Of a DNA stretch of 53,937 nt, positions 44,508 through 53,883 are shown one piece after another. Every line of letters starts with the position of its first letter. Within the stretch, counting starts at the first letter, position 1. A program made the position numbers and the translations under genes. The notes below the pieces were generated by a model. It saw only the letters and a program-made list of their open reading frames with translations. It did no database searches and had not been told where the DNA came from. This DNA comes from Candidatus Scalinduaceae bacterium. GTDB lineage: Bacteria > Planctomycetota > Brocadiia > Brocadiales > Scalinduaceae. The DNA is taken from assembly GCA_046759445.1 (NCBI GenBank), contig JBHICG010000016.1, positions 1-53,937 of the forward strand. The letters run 5' to 3'.

Positions 44508-45441
44508 TTTCTGTTTTTTCCATTATCTTAAATAAATCAGTAGAGATATATCGTTCTCCTGTGTCTGGCAATACTACCAGAATATTCTTGTCTGGCCCTG
44601 CCTCTTTGGCAACTTGAAGTGCAATATGCATATTTGCTCCTGAAGAAATACCACAAAAAATTCCTTCTTCCTTTGCAAGGCGTCTTGCCATGCTAAATGC
44701 TTCGTCACTGGAAACCTGACGAACATCATCAACTACATCCTTATTGTAAATACCAGGTATAAATCCAGCGCCAATACCCTGAATCTTGTGAGGTCCAGGC
44801 GATCCTCCGGAAAGGACAGGTGACTCTACCGGCTCTACGGCTATATTTTTTATGTCTTTAAAATTGTTTTTCAAAACCTCACCTGCCCCGGTGATGGTGC
44901 CACCCGTTCCAATACCAACTACGAAATAATGAAGTTCTTTTCCCTTGAAATCTTCCGTTATTTCACGACCAGTTGTTTCTCGATGTATCTGTGGATTAGC
45001 AGGGTTGTCAAATTGTTGGGGCTGGAAATATCCCTTTTCCTTGACAAGCTCTTCTGCCTTTTCAATGGCGCCTTTCATACCTTTTGGCCCCTCGGTTAAG
45101 ATAATCTCAGCTCCATAATATCTAAGAAGTGCGCGCCTTTCAAGACTCATGGTCTCGGGCATTGTAAAAACTGTCTTGTAGCCTTTTACGGCAGCAACCA
45201 TTGCCAGTGCAATTCCCGTATTTCCTGAGGTAGGTTCCACTATTGTATCCCCAGGTTTTAACACACCTTTCTTTTCCGCATCCAGTATCATTGATAAACC
45301 TATACGATCTTTAACGCTGCTAGCAGGATTAAACATTTCCAACTTCCCATAAATATTTGCGCATTCTTCGTCAGGTATCTTGTTTATCCCTATAACAGGC
45401 GTTCTCCCAATAGTCTCAAGGATGTCATTATAAATGGGCAT
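44500..45441 (-). CDS. cysK: Cysteine synthase A
   Basis: NPASSVKDRIG, EPTSGNTG, GTGGT, HKIQGIGAG, PDTGERYIS. Confidence 0.97.
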   Translation of the reverse strand: MPIYNDILETIGRTPVIGINKIPDEECANIYGKLEMFNPASSVKDRIGLSMILDAEKKGVLKPGDTIVEPTSGNTGIALAMVAAVKGYKTVFTMPETMSLERRALLRYYGAEIILTEGPKGMKGAIEKAEELVKEKGYFQPQQFDNPANPQIHRETTGREITEDFKGKELHYFVVGIGTGGTITGAGEVLKNNFKDIKNIAVEPVESPVLSGGSPGPHKIQGIGAGFIPGIYNKDVVDDVRQVSSDEAFSMARRLAKEEGIFCGISSGANMHIALQVAKEAGPDKNILVVLPDTGERYISTDLFKIMEKTENV

Positions 45442-45647
45442 CTCACGTCCTCCTTATTAAATTAATTGCCTTATTCTAAGCAAACCAGAATAGTAAAAAA
45501 TAAAGTAAATAATAGCTTTGGCCTATCCTGTATCAGTTTTCATTTTGAATTATATTATAATTTTTCATACTAAATAAACAAATAATTTTTTACGTTTACT
45601 ATATTTTCATTAGTTACGATATTGTGGCTAAATTTAATCATTTATTT

Positions 45648-46394
45648 CTAACCCTCCTCCTCCTCTATAAGACCCTGTGTTTTGACGAGTAAATCAACAA
45701 TGATCTTAGATTCATGGTGTGTGAACCAGTCTTTCTTGAGTGTCTGCCTGGCAAGCTTGCGCATAATATTTACGCACTTTTTCCAATCTCTTCTGGATTT
45801 TCGCTCTAAAAGTATCCTACCCGGTTCATGACATATTATGCATTTAGCTACAATTGCCTTCGCTGCAAAGTCTTCTCGCATTATCTTTCCTCTTTCAGTT
45901 AGGTAATCTATAAGGATAGGGATGTCTTCCTCAAGGAACAAATCTGGATCGTTATCACGCATCCTTAATACGGTCTCCTCCCATTCTTCCTTTGTTTTAT
46001 CCTTTTCAAGTATCCGCCGGGATACAGGATGACAATTTGTGCATCTATCGATAAAAAGTAATTGTGCATACTTATATTTTTTCTTTTTAGGGATTGTCAC
46101 TATAACATCCTTTCTTGTCCCGAGTATCTCATCTACTATCTGTCTACCTTCCTCAGGAGTAATCCACAACGGACTCTTCCTCATCATTCGCATCACACAA
46201 ATTCGCCATTCATCATCTGTCTTAGGATCAGCAAATACACGTTCAAGGGTATAACATTTTGAACATTTAGCCTGGTGTAGGTATTGCCATCTTTGGTACG
46301 GAAAAGTTTTTTCTGTTTCCTGTGTCTGTCCATAAGCTTGGGAATATAATAAATATATCATGAACACAATTCCAGGTATAAAAAATCTTCTCAT
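45648..46394 (-). CDS. Exported c-type cytochrome with three repeated domains (2 CxxCH + 1 CxxCY)
   Basis: AGGAG RBS, ATG 46394, signal peptide; CSKCY, CTNCH and CIICH, each followed by a K(T/S)xxxW...V..M helix. Confidence 0.85.
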   Translation of the reverse strand: MRRFFIPGIVFMIYLLYSQAYGQTQETEKTFPYQRWQYLHQAKCSKCYTLERVFADPKTDDEWRICVMRMMRKSPLWITPEEGRQIVDEILGTRKDVIVTIPKKKKYKYAQLLFIDRCTNCHPVSRRILEKDKTKEEWEETVLRMRDNDPDLFLEEDIPILIDYLTERGKIMREDFAAKAIVAKCIICHEPGRILLERKSRRDWKKCVNIMRKLARQTLKKDWFTHHESKIIVDLLVKTQGLIEEEEG

Positions 46395-46706
46395 AAAGAT
46401 TCTCCTTTCTTGGATAAAACATTTTAACATGTAACACGAAAATAATCTCTTGAATCACACGAAAAGGCTCGCATGCCATTTGTCGAGCATAAAGTCAATC
46501 TCACTTAGGACAATTCAGATAATTGTCCGGAATCCATTTTTCATGTTTCATGGTATCATTAATGTACGTGGGAGTTTGTAGCACGTATATATAATATCCT
46601 GGTTATAAGACATAATAATCTTATAACTTTTCTCAATAGACATAATATCACTTTTATAATAAAATACTTAAATTCGCAATAATTTTTATAATTCACGTTA
46701 GCATGA

Positions 46707-48107
46707 ATGGAACAAATAACTAATAACATAATAATACAAACAAATGTATTTGAAGAGCTATGTGATAACCTCGGCAGGGAAAACGTATTTGATAATATTG
46801 AAGAAAGAGTATGTTATTCCTTTGATGCTACAAAAGAAAGAGCCCTGCCAGATTTAGTAATAAGGCCTCATACAACAAAACAAGTATCAACTACTGTATC
46901 GATTGCTAATAAATATAAAATCCCAATCTGCCCTAGAGGAGCTGGAACAGGTCTCTCAGGCGGCGCCGTACCCATAAAAGGTGGTATTGTCCTGGATCTG
47001 AAGAACATGAACAGGATAATTGACATAAATCCAAAGGATTTAACAATAACCGTAGAACCCGGGGTTGTTACGAGGGATTTGCAGAATGAGGTATCTAAGT
47101 TCAGGCTTTTTTATCCACCGGAACCAGGAAGCGCTGAATTCTCAACTATTGGTGGAAATGTGGCAGAGTGTACGGGTGGGATGACGGGCATGAAATATGG
47201 TGTTACGCGGGACTACGTTCTTGCTCTAGAAATCGTACTACCTGATGGCTCTATCATAAATACAGGACGTAAAACACTCAGAAGCGTTGCAGGATATGAC
47301 TTAACCAGGTTTTTTGTTGGATCTGAAGGAACGATAGGTGTATTTACGAAGATAACACTTAAATTGTTACCATCACCCGAAAAGGTAGGTACATTAATGT
47401 CTTATTTTAAAACTCTAGATGACGCACTGAATACCGCAGACTCAATTCAAATAAAAAATAATTTTTTGCCTCGCTCATTAGAATTTGTAGACAAAACAGG
47501 CATTGACGCAGTTAGAGAATTTTCAAAAGAAGAGATTCCGGAAGGGGTAGAGGCACTTTTACTTATTGATGTAGACGGGAATGAGAAAAATGTAGCAAGT
47601 GACATTTCAAAGATAGAAGTTCTTTGTAAGGAAAATAAGGCATTTAAGACTTTAGTTGCAAAAACAGATGATGAAAGAAAGATATTATGGGAGACTAGAA
47701 GATCCATTTCCCCGTCCCTCTTTAAGATTGCTTCAATGAAATTCAACGATGATATCTGTGTGCCGAGAAGTAAGATTAGAGAAGTATTAAAAATAGTTTA
47801 TGAACTCAGTAAGACATATTCAATACAGGTGGCTGCATTCGGACATATCGGCGAGGGACATATACACCTTAATTTAATTTATGATGAAGGGAAAGCTGTT
47901 GATTTTTCTATCCGCAACTTGATATCTCAGATATTGAAAGAAGTGGTTTCTATTGGTGGTACTATCACGTCAGAGCATGGTGTGGGTGATACTAAATCTG
48001 AATTTATAGGATTAGAGCTTTCGCCTCATGAAATTGAAATAATGAAAGAGTTAAAGAAGATGTTCGACCCCAAAGGTATTATGAACCCGGGAAAGATTTT
48101 TGTTTAA
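46707..48107 (+). CDS. FAD-linked oxidase, GlcD/D-lactate dehydrogenase family (divergent paralog)
   Basis: RGAGTGLSGG, TIGGNVAE, GSEGT, EHGVG, DPKGIMNPGK. Confidence 0.9.
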   Translation: MEQITNNIIIQTNVFEELCDNLGRENVFDNIEERVCYSFDATKERALPDLVIRPHTTKQVSTTVSIANKYKIPICPRGAGTGLSGGAVPIKGGIVLDLKNMNRIIDINPKDLTITVEPGVVTRDLQNEVSKFRLFYPPEPGSAEFSTIGGNVAECTGGMTGMKYGVTRDYVLALEIVLPDGSIINTGRKTLRSVAGYDLTRFFVGSEGTIGVFTKITLKLLPSPEKVGTLMSYFKTLDDALNTADSIQIKNNFLPRSLEFVDKTGIDAVREFSKEEIPEGVEALLLIDVDGNEKNVASDISKIEVLCKENKAFKTLVAKTDDERKILWETRRSISPSLFKIASMKFNDDICVPRSKIREVLKIVYELSKTYSIQVAAFGHIGEGHIHLNLIYDEGKAVDFSIRNLISQILKEVVSIGGTITSEHGVGDTKSEFIGLELSPHEIEIMKELKKMFDPKGIMNPGKIFV

Positions 48108-48159
48108 AAAAATGAGTGTACTATCTTTTTGCCTTTTTATTTTGTAAAATAAGCGAATA

Positions 48160-49572
48160 ATGAAACTTTTTAAAAAAACCAAAAAAGAAGAAACAAAAGA
48201 AACAAAGGCACTTAATGAGCTGATCAGGGTTTTGGGAAAAGAAAATGTGCTATCTGCGATTGAGGATAGGATATGCTATTCTTTTGATAGTACAAAGCAA
48301 AAGGCACTCCCGGATATCGTGATAAGACCAGACGACACATCTGATATTTCTAATACATTAAAAATTGCAAATAAATATGAAATACCTATATATGCAAGGG
48401 GAGCCGGCACCGGGCTTTCCGGTGGTGCCGTGCCACTTATGGGTGGGATTGTTTTTGATTTAAAGAAGATGAACAAAATAATTGAAATCTGTCCTGAGGA
48501 TTTTGTAGCGACGGTTGAGCCGGGTGTAGTTACAAAACATTTCCAGGATGAAGTTGAAAAAGTTGGACTTTTCTACCCGCCGGATCCTTCAAGCGCTGCC
48601 TTTTCAACTATTGGAGGCAATGTCGCTGAATGTGCGGGAGGGATAACGGGACTGAAATATGGAGTGACGAGAGATTATGTACTCGCCTTAGAGGTAGTTT
48701 TACCCGATGGTTCTGTAATCAACACAGGGAGAAAGACTCTAAGGAGTGTTACTGGATATGACCTGACGAGGCTTTTTATTGGTTCTGAAGGAACATTAGG
48801 AATTTTTACCAAGATAACCGTAAAGCTTATTCCCAAGCCTGAGAAGGTTGATACCCTGGCCGCTTTTTTCAGTGATAGAGACGATGCTATTGATGCAGCC
48901 GATTTGATTATAGATAATAATATCTTACCGCGTACGTTAGAGTTTATGGATCAGATGAGTATAAATGCAGTACGTGGATATGGTGAAGTAACTATTGATG
49001 AAGACGTAAAAGCATTATTATTAATTGATATTGATGGGACCGAGGAAAGTATTAGTCATGAATTGCCTGTAGCTGAGAAAGCCTGTAAAGAAAAAAAGGC
49101 ATTTAGAACTAAAGTGGCGGAAACATCAAAGGAGAGAGATGCCCTTTGGGCTGTTAGGCGTGTAATTTCTCCAGCATTATATAATGTTGCTACCCATAAA
49201 ATAAATGAAGATATTTGTGTGCCGAGAAGTAAGATAAAGGAAATGTTACAGAAGGTTGATCAGATAAATGAACACCATACAATTTATATCGCAAATTTTG
49301 GACACATCGGTGACGGTAATATACACGTAAACATAATGTATAAAGATGACCCCGGTCAAGAAGAGCTTGCAGAAAGCATTGTAAATAAAATTATGCAAGA
49401 AGTGATAGCATCTGGGGGGACAATCTCAGGTGAGCACGGAATAGGAAATAAAAAATCTCAATTTCTGGAATTAGAAATTTCGCCCCAGGAATTTGCAATT
49501 ATGAAAAATCTTAAACATTTTTTTGACCCTAAAGGAATCATGAACCCTGGCAAGATGTTTCCATCTGATTAG
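48160..49572 (+). CDS. glcD: FAD-linked oxidase, glycolate oxidase subunit GlcD-like
   Basis: PPDPSS, TIGGNVAECAGG, HIGDGNIH, TISGEHGIG, NPGK. Confidence 0.85.
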   Translation: MKLFKKTKKEETKETKALNELIRVLGKENVLSAIEDRICYSFDSTKQKALPDIVIRPDDTSDISNTLKIANKYEIPIYARGAGTGLSGGAVPLMGGIVFDLKKMNKIIEICPEDFVATVEPGVVTKHFQDEVEKVGLFYPPDPSSAAFSTIGGNVAECAGGITGLKYGVTRDYVLALEVVLPDGSVINTGRKTLRSVTGYDLTRLFIGSEGTLGIFTKITVKLIPKPEKVDTLAAFFSDRDDAIDAADLIIDNNILPRTLEFMDQMSINAVRGYGEVTIDEDVKALLLIDIDGTEESISHELPVAEKACKEKKAFRTKVAETSKERDALWAVRRVISPALYNVATHKINEDICVPRSKIKEMLQKVDQINEHHTIYIANFGHIGDGNIHVNIMYKDDPGQEELAESIVNKIMQEVIASGGTISGEHGIGNKKSQFLELEISPQEFAIMKNLKHFFDPKGIMNPGKMFPSD

Positions 49573-49639
49573 GCCCTTAAGACTGTTTGCTTTGAAGGAT
49601 TTGAGAATATTTCGAGACATGTTAATTCATGAATCTTAA

Positions 49640-49982
49640 CAGGATATCCGATAATTGTGAAAACGCCATTTTGTCATCTCTTAATCCTGTACTGAACCAG
49701 GTCCTGAATATATTTCAGGATCTCAGATTTCAGTATTATTTCAGAATCTTTAAATTTAAGAGGTTTAAGGGAGTGTGAGATTCCGAATCAACAGACTGTG
49801 TCATAATAGAGAAAACACATAATACGTCATTCTGAACTTGTTTCAGAATCTAATGATTTCAATAACTTAGCAACCTAAGAGATCCCGACCCCCTCAGCTT
49901 GCTAGCGCAAGCTAGCAGAGGGGGCGGGATGACAATTGTGACACAGTCTCCAAGTTCGGAATGACAATTCTCGGACAGTCTG
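49640..49982. mobile_element. Nested MITE composite (outer TIR with TTAA flanks, inner CAGACTGTGTCA MITE, REP palindromes)
   Basis: Outer CAGGATATCCGATAATTGT / ACAATTCTCGGACAGTCTG with TTAA on each side. Inner element 49792-49950 (CAGACTGTGTCATAAT / ATTGTGACACAGTCTC) with CAA duplicated. Confidence 0.75.
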
Positions 49983-50030
49983 TTAACATTTGGCTTGCAT
50001 CAGAATTTTTATATAAAACACTTTATTCTT

Positions 50031-50148
50031 ACCTAAATTGAGTGATTTTCCCCTCCCCTGGCCCCTTCCATCAGGTGAGAGATATTTTTCAGTTTCCCTC
50101 CCCATCGATGGGGGAGGTTTAGGGTGGGGGTAATTTCACTCAATAGGT
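50031..50148. mobile_element. MITE-like element (ACCTAAAT TIR) carrying CCCTCCCC-type palindromes
   Basis: ACCTAAATTGAGTGATTTT ... AATTTCACTCAATAGGT; contains CCTCCCCATCGATGGGGGAGG. No clean TSD. Confidence 0.65.
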
Positions 50149-50274
50149 GACTTATTATTTTTATGATAATTCTAATGATTAAAAGCTGTTAAATATATTT
50201 TAATTCAATAAATTAAGTTATCAAGCAAGGTAAAACTTTTTTACAAAATATCTTTAGAAAGGAAAGGGTGACAT

Positions 50275-51093
50275 ATGAAAATTATTGTCACAGGGGTTTT
50301 ATTTGCAACCCTAATTTGTAGCAATTCTTTTGCAGGAGTGATTATCACTACAGAGAATAGAGGATTAGAAGGAACACCACCTGAGATAACGACAAGCAAG
50401 ATTTACATTGAAGGCAAAAAGATGAGAATAGATACAAATGCGTCGCAAACAATGTCCGGCCACTCTATGATCTACAGAGGAGACCTTAACCTTATCTGGA
50501 ACATTGATGAGGACAGAAAGAAGTACATTGAGATGGATAAAAATACAGTAGATGCCATGGGATCACAAATAAGTCAGGCAATGAAACAAATGCAGGAGAG
50601 TATGGCACAAATGCCGCCAGAACAGCGCAAAATGATGGAAAGCATGATGAAAGGAACTATGCCTCAAATGCAGCCAAAAAAGGCTACGACCATGATAGAA
50701 AACACCGGGAAAAAAGACAAAATCAACGGTTATAGCTGCACATGGTACGATGTCTTACTTAATGGAGAAAAAGTCCGTGAAATGTGTGTCAGTAATTTAA
50801 GTGAGATAGGTATTAAGAAGGAAACACTTAATGTCTTCAAGGATATGTCAAGATTCTTTAGCGGAATCACTGAGGCAATGAAATCAAGTCCCATGTCACA
50901 AATGAACGAAAACCCTTTCAGTGAGTTTGAGAAACTGGAGGGTTATCCTATCATTGTAAGGCGTTATAAAGGATCAACCGTTATAGAAGAATCATCCTTT
51001 AAGTCTATTGAACACAAGAAAATTAATAAAACGTTCTTTGAAATCCCCAGCGGTTACACGAAACAAGGATTTGGCATGGGAATGGGACGTTAG
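50275..51093 (+). CDS. Exported protein, DUF4412-like
   Basis: Signal peptide, KKMRID, Met/Gln-rich helix (MPPEQRKMME), TGKKDKINGYSC, FEIPSGY. Confidence 0.75.
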   Translation: MKIIVTGVLFATLICSNSFAGVIITTENRGLEGTPPEITTSKIYIEGKKMRIDTNASQTMSGHSMIYRGDLNLIWNIDEDRKKYIEMDKNTVDAMGSQISQAMKQMQESMAQMPPEQRKMMESMMKGTMPQMQPKKATTMIENTGKKDKINGYSCTWYDVLLNGEKVREMCVSNLSEIGIKKETLNVFKDMSRFFSGITEAMKSSPMSQMNENPFSEFEKLEGYPIIVRRYKGSTVIEESSFKSIEHKKINKTFFEIPSGYTKQGFGMGMGR

Positions 51094-51132
51094 TAAATGA
51101 TCTCCTTACTTAGTTTCTGTTGCGGGAAGCTT

Positions 51133-51240
51133 AAATACAAAAAGATGTCATTGGCAATTCCGCAACAGAAGAATTGCTTAGGTGAAAATATAGTGTTTCC
51201 ACAACAGATACTACTTACACACATTGGGTTTCAATGACGC
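51133..51240. ncRNA. Candidate structured RNA motif, copy B (family unknown)
   Basis: Closing stem GTCATTG (51147) / CAATGAC (51232); hairpin GCAATTC/GAATTGC; homologous to 21070-21190. Confidence 0.4.
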
Positions 51241-51568
51241 TCTTATAAGTAAACAACTATATCCTGTACCGAAGCATGGAGAGAGCAGGAGCAATTGTCT
51301 CAATAGATTAATATTCCGCCCCTCTTTTGTTTCCGCCTGTTCCACATCGTAGGTAGGATGATTGTTAATCCCCACTTTTTTTAACGGTCGCTGTTCCTAG
51401 TTTCCTAGTTTCCGCTCGATTATTTTAAACCAGAGCAAAAATTGTTTTTGATTTTTTGACATCTTTTGCTAATAAAAAAGGTAACACTTACTTTGTGCGC
51501 ATGTGTGGTTAAATGCGCCCTACCCTCCTATGTGTCCAACCTGTTGTTGGCTTGCACTGTTTACACGT

Positions 51569-51886
51569 TTACGATGTCCCACCGCACCGAAACTCTCGAC
51601 TGAGAAGATGCACAGTAAACATACACGCAGCGATATCCAATGGAAGGACTAGCGTTATTAATATCTGAGAAAAAATTTCGCCCAGATCCCAGGAAACTGC
51701 AAAAGCCCAGCAACCTGTAACGGCGATAGTTATCGGATAAGTAATGATGATTGCCAGGAATGTGAACAGGATCGGACGGCGTAGAGTTTGCCATATGAGA
51801 AAAGTGTAGAGAGGTACACCCACGAGTGGCCAGAAGTACAACAACACAAAGATGTAACTTACCACAATCGCTTCACCGGGAATCAT
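51569..51886 (-). CDS. Hypothetical membrane protein (cassette-like)
   Basis: GAGGTG RBS, three hydrophobic segments, followed by a half attC-like site. Confidence 0.6.
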   Translation of the reverse strand: MIPGEAIVVSYIFVLLYFWPLVGVPLYTFLIWQTLRRPILFTFLAIIITYPITIAVTGCWAFAVSWDLGEIFSQILITLVLPLDIAACMFTVHLLSREFRCGGTS

Positions 51887-51951
51887 ATCTTCACCTCATA
51901 TTTTTCCCTATACGATATAACGCTTATTTGCTAAGCTTTTTTCTTTCTCGT

Positions 51952-52266
51952 CTAAATACTTTTGGTTCTTTGCTTTGAGTCCTCTGCTTCCTCAGCCCCA
52001 CCAATAAACACAAAAACCAGATATACTATGCATGGCAACAAAAGAATAAGTAAAACCTCTTTCCACAGGCTACGCTCCTCGGCATGTCCATTTGCTATCC
52101 AACTAATGTAACAACCACAAATAAATGCAACAACTGCTAAAGTATGGATATATTTTGGTACCCAACACTTCCTTTTAAACCAACGAGCAAAATAAAAAAT
52201 ACCAATTAAAATTAAAGCGATGCAACCAAAAAGATCGTACCAATCAAACGTAGATTTAATATCCAT
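51952..52266 (-). CDS. Hypothetical 3-TM membrane protein (cassette-like)
   Basis: 104-aa hydrophobic ORF between two attC-like remnants. Confidence 0.65.
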   Translation of the reverse strand: MDIKSTFDWYDLFGCIALILIGIFYFARWFKRKCWVPKYIHTLAVVAFICGCYISWIANGHAEERSLWKEVLLILLLPCIVYLVFVFIGGAEEAEDSKQRTKSI

Positions 52267-52278
52267 TCAATATCAGAA

Positions 52279-52362
52279 GCTTAACGAAATTAGCGGTCGA
52301 AGATGTCGCCACGAATTGGCGATTTAGGCCGCTGTATTGAGTCGCTAGAAGGTTTTATTACA
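52279..52362 (-). other. Degenerate attC-like site
   Basis: Minus strand ...CAGCGG..TCGCCA-ATTCG-TGGCGA..CCGCTAATTTC-GTTAAGC. Confidence 0.5.
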
Positions 52363-52731
52363 AATTTTTTTTATTATTTCGAGAGCCCTTTCTTTAGTAA
52401 ATAAACCATTGACTTCTGGATCAGACATTTCAAAGATAAAATCTAATAAATAATTATTTTCTATATATATTTTCTCACTTAACTGCATTGCATCGCTGAT
52501 ATACGAAATTTCCGACACAGATAAATCTTCATTAATATAATCATCACAGATTTTTGAAATATCTTCTTTGTCAATACTGAGCTCGTCATCCTCAACCACA
52601 TCAATGGGAATGGACGATCCCTTCTTCTTAGCAAGCTTTTCATAATGCTTGATCTCATCTTTAATTGAAGTTTTAAATTCACTAATCGCCAAATTACATC
52701 TTAAATATTTCTTCAGTTTTGATAATTTCAT
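52345..52731 (-). CDS. Hypothetical acidic protein
   Basis: 128-aa ORF co-oriented with its neighbours; no motif recognised. Confidence 0.65.
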   Translation of the reverse strand: MKLSKLKKYLRCNLAISEFKTSIKDEIKHYEKLAKKKGSSIPIDVVEDDELSIDKEDISKICDDYINEDLSVSEISYISDAMQLSEKIYIENNYLLDFIFEMSDPEVNGLFTKERALEIIKKICNKTF

Positions 52732-52821
52732 TTTAATTTCTATTCTACATCATTCGGCAATCCCTTTTTCATCTAGGACGAATCGTGCTCGTGTTCTCCT
52801 CTGCTTTTCAACTCGTGTTAA

Positions 52822-53088
52822 TTACAGTAATGGTCTCCATTTAGTATCCTTTTCATCACCAGCGCATGGCTTTCTAACGCAAGAAACACATCTTCTCTCA
52901 CAAGCACCAAACTTAATATAGTTTCGCTGTGCTTCTCTCAGTGACGGATCATTTGCCCCACCTTTGTAATCCGGATTATCAAACTGAACAGCATCGTCTT
53001 CCCAAAAACATATTTCGCATATTTCGAATGTCCCAGGAGGCTTTTCTGATAGACTTTTATATCCACAGCAAGGACATGTGTATTTCAT
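52822..53088 (-). CDS. CPCC-family cysteine-rich protein
   Basis: MKYTCPCCGY...FEICEICFWEDD...GGAN..SLREAQRN. Confidence 0.9.
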   Translation of the reverse strand: MKYTCPCCGYKSLSEKPPGTFEICEICFWEDDAVQFDNPDYKGGANDPSLREAQRNYIKFGACERRCVSCVRKPCAGDEKDTKWRPLL

Positions 53089-53091
53089 ATC

Positions 53092-53883
53092 GGGTACTAG
53101 ATACTAGCATACTAGTGCAACAGCGCCTATTTATTAGTTTTGCGTGGCCTTCCCCATGGTAGTGCCCTTAATCTTCTTCCAAATAACCTTTCAAACTTTT
53201 TCATAAATCTATCATCACCACATGGTCTTCCCGTCATCGAACACTTCCTTATGTTTCTTATGATTTGCTCATCTTCTTTTTCTCTTAAATACTCCAACCA
53301 ATCCTCTATCTCTTTTTCCAAATAACAATCTTGAGATAAAACAGAATCTTTCTCCCTGTTTACATGACTTCTTGCACTCGACCATTTATACCTTTGTGGT
53401 TTTCTTACTATACCAGCTCGGACAGGATTATTTTCTACATATCGAACTGCTGCATATAAATGTCTTTCATCAAGGATGCAGGAGTAAAATCTACCCTGCC
53501 ATAAATGACCGCTTGCGTTTTTCCTCCGATTAATATATTGAGCGTATCTCATATGAAGCATATTAAAAGTGCGGGGGAGAGAATCTTCCTTTTTTGGCAC
53601 ACAGACAAAGTGAACATGATTAGCCATAAGGCAGTAAGCCCATATATCCAAAGAGTATTTTTTACTGTAATCCTTTAGCCATTCAAGGTATTGAACATAG
53701 TCGTCATCTTCCTCAAATACCGGCTGCCCGTAATTACCCCTTTGGGTGACATGATGTGGATATCCTTTTGCTACAACTCTTGCTATTCGTGGCATGCAAG
53801 AAATCTACAATACAAGATGCTTTATGTCAATCATAAAATAGGCGCTGTCCCTAGTTTCCTAATCATAAAATAGGCGCTGTCCC
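53092..53883. mobile_element. RAYT element with AAATAGGCGCTGT inverted ends and tandem stutters
   Basis: Left end ACAGCGCCTATTT with CTAGTA-like unit x3 outside it; right end AATCATAAAATAGGCGCTGTCCC present twice (53829-53851, 53861-53883). Confidence 0.75.
53127..53795 (-). CDS. REP-associated tyrosine transposase (Y1 HUH)
   Basis: MPRIAR...HHVTQRGN...YCLMANHVH...GHLWQGRFYS...YVENNPVRAG...WSS...GRPRK. Confidence 0.95.
   Translation of the reverse strand: MPRIARVVAKGYPHHVTQRGNYGQPVFEEDDDYVQYLEWLKDYSKKYSLDIWAYCLMANHVHFVCVPKKEDSLPRTFNMLHMRYAQYINRRKNASGHLWQGRFYSCILDERHLYAAVRYVENNPVRAGIVRKPQRYKWSSARSHVNREKDSVLSQDCYLEKEIEDWLEYLREKEDEQIIRNIRKCSMTGRPCGDDRFMKKFERLFGRRLRALPWGRPRKTNK

Noticed and set aside
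53113..53125. Integron crossover G|TTGCAC at the RAYT end
   Set aside because: Better explained as a degenerate RAYT end with CTAGTA stutters; no matching R'' box after the CPCC gene.
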